From the NCBI RefSeq assembly GCF_001194135.2, contig NC_068987.1, positions 37,213,730 through 37,266,480 on the forward strand: a stretch of DNA of 52,751 nucleotides, written 5' to 3'. The notes under the pieces were generated by a model. That model did no database searches. It was not told the origin of the DNA and saw nothing but the letters and a program-made list of their open reading frames with translations. Position 1 is the stretch's first letter, and each line of letters starts with the position of its first letter. The position numbers were made by a program, and so were the translations under genes. This DNA comes from Octopus bimaculoides (lineage: Eukaryota). Positions 1-10,072 of the stretch are shown here, piece after piece.

Positions 1-1636
1 ATGACACATTCTACCAGTGTCCCAAGTTTCAAAGTGTTTCGTTAAGAAAATACTGGCGCCCCCGTTTTGAACTAGATCCTTTTTTTTTTTTATAAAAGTT
101 TAAAATATTTTTTTCTTTTTACAAACAGCATTGTTTACAGTACCATTCTTTTCCATCTATTCTGTCACCACATGTAATAAGTCCGCATGGTACTAGACAG
201 TCGTCGCAGGTAAACTTATTTCTAATAAGTCGACGACGCGCACACCATTCCAACATTCTGTATCTTGAGCTACTGCTTAAATCACAGATTTTCCATTTTT
301 CCTCTAAATTAATTCACGAGTGAGGATTCCGTTTTCAGCAACAATAAGATGTTGTGCAGCCGGTCTTCCACGAGGCATTTTCAATTTCTCATAAGAAACT
401 ATGATATTCAATCAGGTGTGTGATTTATATATAAACAGTTAACGTCAATCAAATCACGTGATTTATTTATAAACAAAGTAGTACGGATAATACTGGTAAG
501 ACGTTCAGTTATTTCCCTTGTATTTTATTTACATTTTTAACCTCTCGAAACTGGAAGATTACCTATATAATAACTACAATTGAGTAAAAAGCTGAGAAAG
601 CATGTTTTCATTATCATTACAGACATGTTACTCTTTACAGTAATTAAAAAAAAGTTCACAACGCTATTGGCAATACGATAGTTTGGTACGAGCTATCTTC
701 AACGCGGTCGCTAAGCCTGTTAGAAATAAAGTCCAAATTTCTCACAAATCACAGCATGCTGTCTTAAAATAGGATAGTCACAGTCAGAATTACAGCCATT
801 CTATTCACTGAAGGCTGGCCTGTGGTTAAACAGCAACAGTGTTCACATGACTGAGAAATGAAAATTGGTATTGAGTGATTTGCAGGAATTGGCTGCTATT
901 TCTACTAAGTTCAGAGTTAGAGACCCCTTCGTTTAGACGGTGAGCAATAGGTTATATTACGATGTGAGAAAAACTACAGAAATAAACTATTCTACAAACT
1001 AAAGTGTATTCAAGAGGGAATTTACCGTTTTTTAAATCGTTCACTTGCGCCATGTTTGTTTACTCGTTGCGAGGAAGTGATTTAGAGATAGAGCTAGTTA
1101 TCCGTTCTGAAGCCGTACTTGACGAAATAGCAATTAAAAAAAAAATTATCAATAATAAATCTAATGAAATAATTAACATGATTTCTGGTAAATTTAACGA
1201 ATACTAAATTAGTTTTAATAAGCTATATATTTTACTGCTTTTCTTCTTGTTTTTAATCGTTTGACCAATAAGTGGAGAATTGCGAACTTTTTTTCTCGGA
1301 GGAACTAGGGAATGTATAAAAATATTATGGATTACTTGAATTTCCTAAACGAAGTCGGAATGTTGTTTACTATAGTCACAGAACATCAGTGATAGCAAAT
1401 AAAACACGACCATAATTTCTGTTGACCTTTATATGTCATTCCATTTTATAATGAATGTTATTTTTAATTAAATACTAGAATGCCCGTGACCTGTTGGGCC
1501 ACCTGGAAAGTCTGAGTTTCTCAGTAACGGAGTTTTGTTTCATGGATTTTTTTTTTCCTTTTCCAGGTTATTTCGCATGCTTTCAACGAATGTGACATCG
1601 AAATCACGAGTAAACGGTTTCTTTCTCCAGAAAAGG

Positions 1637-1755
1637 AAAGATTTGGCCGCTATTTCTTGTACGCCCTGCTACCACGTAACAGGTATTTCGGGTCCTTTAT
1701 CACAAATAGCTGTTACGTGGTAGCAGGGCGTGCTAGAAATAGCAGCCAAATCTTT
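1637..1755. repeat. Near-perfect hairpin (stem about 51 bp, loop about 17 nt)
   Basis: AAAGATTTGGCCGCTATTTCTTGTACGCCCTGCTACCACGTAACAGGTATT / AATAGCTGTTACGTGGTAGCAGGGCGTGCTAGAAATAGCAGCCAAATCTTT. Confidence 0.9.
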
Positions 1756-2639
1756 GGTGCTGAGATACGTTGAATGCACTCCAGAAAATTTTTGTAATAC
1801 TATTCCCTTTCAGAATTGTCATTTTGACTCTCAAAACTGTCATCTGGTTTTGTTCGTTAATTTCCGTAATTTTTTTTTATTTACTATTGTTTTAAAGTGA
1901 AAGGGAAAGACGTATGAACATGTATATGAAACGGACGAGTGTGTGTGTGAGAGGGAGAGAGAGAGACACTTACACATACATGAGAACACGCACGTTCATC
2001 CACTCACTCTCTTTCTCTCTCACATACACACACACATACATACAAAAAATGTATGCATATGTATTGATGTATGTACGTATACATGACAACACACCCCTTC
2101 ACTCTCTTTCTCTCTCTCTCTCTCAAATAAAAAAATTAACAACTTGAAAATAATTTTAAAAAAAACATTAAAATATTGTCTGTTTAAAGACAGCTAAAAT
2201 ATAAATACTTACTGTACGAGCAGCTTACATTTTTGAAATCACATTCAGGTAAAAATATTTCTAAATGATTAAAATATTGTGAACGTCAAAAAGTGAATGC
2301 TTTTTTTTCTTTCTTAGAGATCGCAAGGGCCATGTGTGTATATATGTCACAGATAGCAGACGTGAGTTTGTGTTGATTGACACGCCATGACATTCATTAT
2401 ATGTGTGTGTATATGTGTTGACATCATGGAAGCAACGTGTTTTTTCGTCAAGAAATAACAAACAAAAATTGTGCTTACTCGTTTTCATCAATAAATAGAG
2501 GTCCTAATGTCACAAACATTTGTACTGCACTGCTGAAGGTAAGCATAAAAATAAATATGTAAAAAAAATTAAGATAAATTATACTATTTCTTTGATATTT
2601 CGGGTGCAATCAAACATCCCTAGAGTTTTAGTATTCTCT

Positions 2640-3030
2640 TTACTCATTTACTCTTTTACTTGTTTCAGTTATTTGACTGCAGCCATGCTGCAGCACCGCC
2701 TTTAGTCGAGCAAATCGACCTCAGGACTTATTCTTTGTAAGCCTAGTACTTATTCTATTGGTTTCTTTTGCCGAACCACTAAGTTATGGGGACGTAAACA
2801 CACCAGCATCAGTTGTCAAGCGATGTTGGGGAGACAANNNNNNNNNNATATATATATATATACATATATGACGGGCTTCTTTCAGTTTCCGTCTACCAAA
2901 TCCACTCACAAGGCTTTGGTCAGCCCGAGACTATAGTAGAAGACACTTGCCCAAGGTACCATGCAGTGGGACTGAACCCGGAACCATGTGGCTGGTAAGC
3001 AAACTACTTACCACACAGCCACTTCTGTGC
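2640..3030 (-). mobile_element. tRNA-derived SINE, family A (tRNA head, internal TA/CA microsatellite, AGTAAAAG tail)
   Basis: Head TGGCTGTGTGGTAAG...GGTTCAGTCCC (A and B boxes). The body matches the other copies in the window. Confidence 0.85.
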
Positions 3031-3169
3031 CTATTATTCAGATTTCTAGGTTACTTGTTTGTTTTCCTCAAGTCGCGAATGGCATTTTCTGAGAGTCAAA
3101 ACAATTGATTGCCTATGTAACAAAACAGGAAGTTGGAACAATTATTGATACTATTTATTCACCATTATA

Positions 3170-3320
3170 CATGGCGTTAGGAAGGGCATCCAGCTGTAGA
3201 AACTCTGCCAAATCAGATTGGAGCCTGGTGTAGCCATCTGGTTTCACCAGTCCTCAGTCAAATCGTCCAACCCATGCTAGCATGGAAAGCGGACGTTAAA
3301 TGATGATGATGATGATGATG
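3170..3320 (+). mobile_element. RTE-type 3' tail or SINE family C ending in (GAT)n
   Basis: GGCGTTAGGAAGGGCATCCAGCTGTAGAAAC...AACCCATGCTAGCATGGAAAGCGGACGTTAAATGATGATG. Related copies lie at about 5560-6070, 7540-7740, 7760-8040 (-), 20775-20970 (-) and 33560-33630 (-). Confidence 0.65.
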
Positions 3321-3639
3321 TTTCATTTGCTAATAGGAATCACAGAGTTTTACATGTTACATAGACATGTAAGGAATTATCTATTAGAAATTCTTCCGAC
3401 AGTGAATTAAATAATACAAATTTAATATTCGGATGAAGTGCTTAAATTTATATATATATTTACAGAGTGGAGTTTGTCTGTAGTCTTGTGTTTTAGTTTG
3501 CATTCTATGCAGCATCATGTGAAGGTGCCACTAACATATGCATCAATATTTTCTCAACAAATTATCTGAAATTAAAACTAATAATAGCTGGACCAATATA
3601 TAAAACCAACCATCTGAATAACTTTTTCTAGATATTCTG

Positions 3640-3830
3640 CTCAAGCCATTTCTCAAGCACATCAGAAGGTTCATAAGAGATGATTTAGGTGTTTTAAACC
3701 ACCTGAAAACAGTCAACAAAAGATGTTGATAGTATTATATGATATTGTGAGCCTCTATTCAAATATACTCCACAACTTAGGACTGATGCCATTAAATTGT
3801 GGTTAGATAATTACACATGTGAACTCCCCC
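3640..3830 (+). mobile_element. Penelope-like reverse transcriptase fragment, degenerate
   Basis: Frames give KPFLKHIRRFIRDDLGVLNHL and DIVSLYSNILHNLG, resembling the PLE RT motif DxxSLYTNIP. Confidence 0.5.
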
Positions 3831-3846
3831 ATTGCATAAAGAAGCT

Positions 3847-4715
3847 GTAGCAGAGCATGATTGCTCTTGAACTTTAGCTACCTACATTGTGGCTTTTTAC
3901 TTTTAGCTACCCATTTTGGTTCACCACATGACGGTCAAGTCCATTTAGCTTTACTTGGGCTGTCCGTCACTCAGCATGATCGACTAGCCTGGTGTCTGTA
4001 CATCTAACTATAAAATAGGAGAATTTTGCCTGTTAATTCCTTAGGGAGGTGAGTTTTTGCTACGAGTGATTTTGGATCTTTGATGTGAGAGCAGTTTGGT
4101 TTCACTTTTGAAACACTGATACTCTTCTATACAATACATTTTGAAATTTCAAAAACCTTTGACTGTCTGTTACACACAATTTACTGTCATTGCCTTTTTT
4201 TTATATGCTTTCTTGATTTTTACTGTTGCTAGAAATAACAGCAATTTTCTAAAGACTTTATCTTGAACTGTTATTAACATTTTCAGCCATCAATATGAAC
4301 TTTTGGGTATATTTTCATATTTGATGTACTGTTCATTTTTATTGGACACTATTAGCTTATGCTCTTTTCGTTTTTCATGTACATTTTTGTTAACATTTGT
4401 TGTATATTTTTTCTCCTGGCAACATTTTTTCTGGTTTTCATTTCTTACCCTCACAATTGATTCTCTGGTGAGAGAGTAGTTGTAGCAGAAGCATGATTAC
4501 TCTTGAATTTTAGCTACCCATTTTAGTTCGCCATGTGATGGTCAAGTCCATTTAGCTTTACTTTGACCATCCATCCCTTAATGTGATGGACTAGCCAAGT
4601 GTCTGTATATCAGCAATAGAACGGAAGGATTTTGGCCGTTAATTCCTTAGGGAGGTGAGCTTTTGCTATGAGTGGTTTTGGATCTTTGATGTGAGAGCAG
4701 TTTGATTCCACTTTG
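3847..4715. repeat. Diverged direct repeat of about 250 bp (3847-4110 and 4482-4715)
   Basis: GTAGCAGAGCATGATTGCTCTTGAA...GTTAATTCCTTAGGGAGGTGAG...GGATCTTTGATGTGAGAGCAGTTTG occurs twice. Confidence 0.85.
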
Positions 4716-5336
4716 CAGCTTCAGCTAGAACAAATGCTACTAAGCATTCTGCCTGGTGTTTTGATAACTCTGCCAGCTCACTGCTTTTAATAATCTTAAT
4801 ATTAATTATAATATCAAGCTTAGCATATTTTCCTGTAATGATAATGACATTTAAGTCAAGTAACATATAAGCCTATAAATTTTCTATAAAATTGATATTT
4901 CTTCCCATTTATTATTTTTTAATTCACTATTTAGAACCTCAATTTTACTTGTGATCACATTTTAAATCATCATAGATTATATTGTGCATAATTAATCTTG
5001 CCTGGGCCAATGCGTTTTACAGACAATCATTAATAAAATATACTTTAAGCACAATTCAATTAAATATTCCCTTCCAATGTATTAATACAGCATTACCCTT
5101 CTCTTTTTCTTTCAACCATAAATATGGGGGTTTTTTTTTGATGAATCATATGACTTATACATCATTTACTTTTAACTTGTTTAGTTGAACAAATTGACCC
5201 CGATACATGATTTTTTAAAAATCCTGATACTTATCTGTTAGTCTCTTTTGTGAAACCACTGGGATAGAAACAAACCAACACTGATTGTCAAATGGTGGTG
5301 GAAGACAAACACATAGATGTATAATATATATAGATG

Positions 5337-5380
<44 letters not shown>

Positions 5381-5390
5381 NNNNNNNNNN

Positions 5391-5429
<39 letters not shown>

Positions 5430-6299
5430 AAATAGTAAGAGATTACTCCAAACATTTCCCAATTTACTTTCAGGTAAATAAAGTAGGTTATTCAATAATT
5501 AATATATAAATCCAATAATATTTTCATAAGATAAGAATTTAGAGATAAGATAAGAATTTATCCTATATGCTGTGCTTGAGAAGACCCATCAAGCCAAGTG
5601 AAATCATAGTCATGGCTGATGTTGGTGTCATGTAACTGGCACCCATGCCGGTGGCATATAAAGAGCACCATTCGAGCATTGGGCCTCATGGAGGCAAAGT
5701 GGCTGAGTTCCTTTTGAGCGTTGAGCCTCACGGAGGCAAAGTGGCTGAGTTCCATTCAAGTGTTGGGCCTCATGGAGGAAATGATGGAGACCTTTGGCAT
5801 TATGTCGTACTTGAGCAGAAGACCCATTAAGACAAGCAAAATCACTGTCATGGCAGATACTTGTGTCACCCAAATGGCACCCATGCCAGTGGCATGTAAA
5901 AAGCACCTATTGCACTCTCAGTGTGGTTGATGTTAGGAAGGGCATCCAGCCATAGAAAAGCATGTCAAATCAGACTGGAGTCTGGTGTAGCCTTCCAGCT
6001 TACAAGCCCTGGTCAAACCATCCAGCCCATGCCACCATGGACAATGGACGTTAAATGATGATGATGATTCTGTTAGATAATTCTAAATATATTACATTAA
6101 CCATATAGGTTTCTGGGAGCATATAATATCAACAACAATAATAAGGATTATTCCAAAGTGGCATAACATTACCTTTACTTCTTTTTGTATATATATATAT
6201 ATTGATAGAAAAAGTAAGACAACAAAAGAAAGAAAGAGACCTCAATATTATGTAAATAGAGGAATTTATCTGTAAATATATGTGACAATTATTCGGTAG

Positions 6300-6367
6300 C
6301 CATGATAAAACTCCGAGTTTCGGATGTCGGGGCGGAAACTCATGCCGCCATCTCTTCAGTTATCTGG
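6300..6367 (-). ncRNA. Second copy of the same hammerhead motif, inverted
   Basis: The reverse complement reads CCAGATAACTGAAGAGATGGCGGCATGAGTTTCCGCCCCGACATCCGAAACTCGGAGTTTTATCATGG. Confidence 0.7.
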
Positions 6368-6640
6368 CCATTGAAAAAATGCTATGAAAATGACCGTTAA
6401 AAAAGGGAAATTACTGTGTGATTGACCGTTATTAAGACGAAAGAGCTATTAGAATGACCGCTAAGTGAGGGGAGGGAGTAAAAATGGTCGTAGTAAGCGC
6501 ACCAGTCCATACATACACATGCGTGCCCGTATACCCACATACATGCGCCTATATATATATATATTATGATTGACCGTTGACTGAACACTATTCAATTTTT
6601 TTTTTTTTTTTTCTCCGTGTTTTTCTCCTTGTCTCCGTAT

Positions 6641-6677
6641 TCTTTCTGTTGAAGAGCGTAGCTCGAAACGTCAAAGA
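6641..6677 (+). ncRNA. Minimal hammerhead-like motif with a variant core (different Penelope family)
   Basis: TCTTT-CTGTTGA-A-GAGCgtaGCTC-GAAA-C-GTC-AAAGA has a 5-bp stem I, a 4-bp stem II, a palindromic ACGT and a GUC site. The core is CUGUUGA rather than CUGAUGA. Confidence 0.5.
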
Positions 6678-7130
6678 CTTTCCGTATTCCCGAGCGTCAT
6701 ACTAATATATACTTTTGTTATTTACACCACCTGTCCTCGTCTGTTGTTATTTTTTGTATATTCTCCCATATATATATATACTCATCCACCCTCACTTGAA
6801 ATACAGGTGGTTGACTGTTATTAAGACAAAAGAGCTATTAGAATGACTGCTAAGTGAGGGGAGGGAGTGAAAGTAAGGGAGTAAAAATGTCCATAGTAAT
6901 CGCACCAGTCCATACATACACATGCGTGCCCACACACCCATGTACATGCTCCTATATATATATATACTCATCCACCCTTACTTGAAACACACACATATGC
7001 CAATACTCCCTTACCTTTACTCTCTCCCCTCACTTAACGGTCATTCTAATAGCTCTTTTGTCTTAATAACGGTCAATCACACAGTAATTTCCCTTTGTTC
7101 AATGGTCATTTTCATAGCATTCTTTGATGG

Positions 7131-7198
7131 CCAGATAACTGAAGAGATGGCAGCATGGGTTTCTGCCCCGGCATCCGAAACTCGGAGTTTTATCATGG
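7131..7198 (+). ncRNA. Type I hammerhead ribozyme motif (Penelope pseudo-LTR type)
   Basis: CCAGATAA-CTGAAGA-GATG...CATCC-GAAA-CTCGGAG-TT-TTATCATGG contains the CUGANGA and GAAA cores. Stem I is CCAGATAA/TTATC(A)TGG, stem II is GATG/CATC, and stem III is a near-palindrome, ACTCGGAGT. Confidence 0.7.
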
Positions 7199-7337
7199 CT
7201 ACCGAATAATTGTCACATATTATTTACAGAGATATATATATATACAGCTTTACCTACACACCCTTTCTTGTAAATGTGAGTAGCCATGTAGCTCCTGGAC
7301 AAGAATCTGCTCTTGCCTCATCTCTCGTACCCTAACC

Positions 7338-7484
7338 CAGTGCTTCCCAACCTGTGGTCTGCAAAGGTATAACTGGGGGTCCATCAGCTTGTTAAGCTGA
7401 CAGACCTTTCAATATCTTGGGGTCCGTGGGAAAACTAATTTAAATAAAAGGGGTCCTTGGTAGTGTAAAGGTTGGAAACCCGTG
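7338..7484. mobile_element. Short hAT/Charlie-type MITE
   Basis: CAGTGCTTCCCAACCT ... AGGTTGGAAACCCGTG termini with imperfect 8-bp flanks CCCTAACC / CTCTGACC. Confidence 0.55.
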
Positions 7485-9059
7485 CTCTGACCCCTTATCT
7501 CTAAGTATAAATACAACACCCCCTATTCTGGGTTCATAACCTTACAAGCTACATGACGACTTCACTAGTGTTGGTGGCATAAAAGCATCCACTGCTCACA
7601 GTAAAGTGGTTGGCTTTAGGAAGGGCATGCAGGCATAGAAACTATGCCATAGTGAACATTGGAGCACAAAGTCTTTGAACCCACTGGATCGTATCAAATT
7701 GTCTGACCCATGCCTGCATGGACACTAAATGATGATGATGATATATATATATACATGCATATATCATCATCGTATAACGTCTGTCTTCCATGCAGGAATG
7801 GGTTGGACACTTTGACATGAGCCAGCTAAGCAGAAGGCTAACCCTGGCTACTGTGTCTGTTTTGGCAGGCTTTTTACAGCTGGATGCCTTTCTTAATACC
7901 AGTCACTCTGCAGCGTGGACTAAGTGCTTTTTACATGGCACCATCACAGGAGAGGTCAGTTTTGGCATGGTTTTTTACAGCTGGATGCCCTTCCAAATAA
8001 ATGCCAACCACTTTACAGTGTGGACTGGATGCTTGTGGGTATGTATTTATATACATAAATACACCCCTACACACACACATATATATAATCCTTTTCCACT
8101 GATTACCCTTTTCTGTGCCACCATTTAGCTTTTACTTTCTCCTGAGTTTCATGTTATAGCTACTATACTTCATCTTTAATATCCCCTCATATCTGTTACC
8201 ATTCTCAACATCTCTCGTATTTGTCATTGACACTTTCCACACCATTATTTGTCTCTATATCCACCACTATGTATCTATGATCTTCAAGTCTGTCACCCCC
8301 CACACCACCTCCTTCATTCTTATTTTATTACAATTTTATGATACTGCTGCTCTCCACCCTTTCTGCACTGCTACTTAATAGCTCTTTCCTGATCCACACC
8401 TAATTCTTTCACCCCACTCTATACCCCGACCATTGTTCACCATTCATTGCATTTACCTTTATCCCCTTTTCTTACACTCTTGTGATCTTACCCACNNNNN
8501 NNNNNNNNNNNNNNNNNNNNNNNNNNNNNNNNNNNNNNNNNNNNNNNNNNNNNNNNNNNNNNNNNNNNNNNNNNNNNNNNNNNNCTGATCCTCTCTTATA
8601 TTCACTTTCTTGTATCTTAAGAGTATGTACTGATAACCCATCACCACCATCTTTATCTCTCTTTCCAGCAACTCTTAACAACCATTATGTAATGCATGGT
8701 AGTCATGTATCTTCTCTACAGCAAGACATCTGTTGCTGTTCTTCAATGACACTTTAGCCTCAAGACACTTGGCTCAAAACCTCCTTCCTTTCCATTATAC
8801 CCTTCTTAATCAAAGAAGCTTGTTCTGAGAGTGACAGTATCATAAGATGACCCAATACACTTTAAACAGTGGTTGATATTAGGAAAGGTATCCAGCTATA
8901 GAAACCCATGCTGAAGTAAACACTTGAGATTGAGGCAGTTTTCAGGTTTATCGGATTCTGTTGAACCATTCAACCCATGCTTTTGATGATAGAGCTTGCA
9001 CAAAAGGCTTACTCAGAATGAAACAAGAACAACAACTGTATGAAAAAAGAAAAAACTTT

Positions 9060-9095
9060 TAATATCCACTTGATTTTTGAAAAATTTATTTGATT
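9060..9095 (-). terminator. Candidate polyadenylation signal of the glutaredoxin gene
   Basis: AATAAA on the minus strand at 9085-9090, about 260 nt after the stop codon, followed by U/GU-rich sequence. Confidence 0.45.
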
Positions 9096-9349
9096 ATGTG
9101 CAAAATAAATAATTTATCAGTTTTTTAACAGACATGTAAATTGTGTCTTTTTATGTCCCAATTTTTTAACCAGTTAGATATTATTTTCAATTCATTTTTC
9201 TCATTTCATGATAAATTAGTCTTAAATTCTAATACAATTTTTTTTACAGTAGCTCCACAAGGAGAAAATTCCAGTAGGAAAAATGGCTAACCAGCAGAAA
9301 TCCAAGTGCATGATGAGATGGAGTGGGAACAAAGACAACAATAACAATA

Positions 9350-9472
9350 TTAGGATGTTTCTTTCATTTCAGAACATTCATTTATCTTCTCTTGAAGTTT
9401 TCCTGATTTATAGAGAGCTTTTGTATCATCACAGCCACCAATACAGTCACCATTCACAAATACACGAGGAAC
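9350..9472 (-). CDS. GLRX2: Glutaredoxin-2-like gene, terminal coding exon (40 aa + stop), not in the ORF track
   Basis: The reverse strand reads TTTACTTTTATTTCAG|GTT CCT CGT..., giving VPRVFVNGDCIGGCDDTKALYKSGKLQEKINECSEMKETS*. This completes the Grx TVP (cis-Pro) and GG-x-D motifs in frame with the upstream exon. The intron is 9473-14249. Confidence 0.93.
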   Translation of the reverse strand, partial: VPRVFVNGDCIGGCDDTKALYKSGKLQEKINECSEMKETS

Positions 9473-10072
9473 CTGAAATAAAAGTAAATATATAAATAAA
9501 CTAGTTATAATTCATAGTTTTTATTATTAGAGGAAACATATACAGTCATGTAAACAGCATGGAAGATAGACCCTGATTTAGAAAATAGTAGCTAAGGCTA
9601 GCTAACTGTAAATATTTTGTTTATGACTGTCTCAGGTAAAAAAAAAAAAAAAACAGAAGCTTAATGACAGCCTCCACCCCATGAAGTCAAGACAATGGGG
9701 ACAGTGCTTATGACAGACCCCATTTGCCCCTATAATGGTCAGATTGATTTATTTCATGTTCAATGACCATCTGTAAATTGATGAAATTGAGGCGGGATGA
9801 TGTTTTACAATGAAAAGATTGGATATAATGTGTATGTGTAGAGGCACAGTAGATGTAATGAGAGGAGAGACAGGTAGAGGTGGAACGCAACTATCTAGAT
9901 CAAAGAAACAAAGGATATAGCAGAGGTAAAAAAGCAACAGTGGTGATGTAAGCTCAATTTTTGTTCTAAAGCATTGTGCAGCAAATTGTATTCTATGTTG
10001 CCTCACTATTTGTGAGATGAGCAGTAAAGCTCTATAAATTTATTTATCATGTTGGGTGGAATTTTGGTTTAA

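Larger units (their letters stand above)
6270..7230. repeat. Inverted plus direct duplication cluster (Penelope pseudo-LTR-like)
   Basis: About 6270-6480 is the reverse complement of about 7015-7230, and about 6420-6560 is directly repeated at about 6810-6965. Confidence 0.85.

Noticed and set aside
1-1600. CpG-rich start of the window as the promoter or first exon of another gene
   Set aside because: It is CpG-rich with isolated splice-like motifs, but no coding exon or coherent gene model can be supported from sequence alone.
2940-3030. tRNA genes at SINE heads (also 18230-18312, 44545-44620, 50211-50290)
   Set aside because: A and B boxes are present but there is no complete cloverleaf, and each continues into a SINE body.
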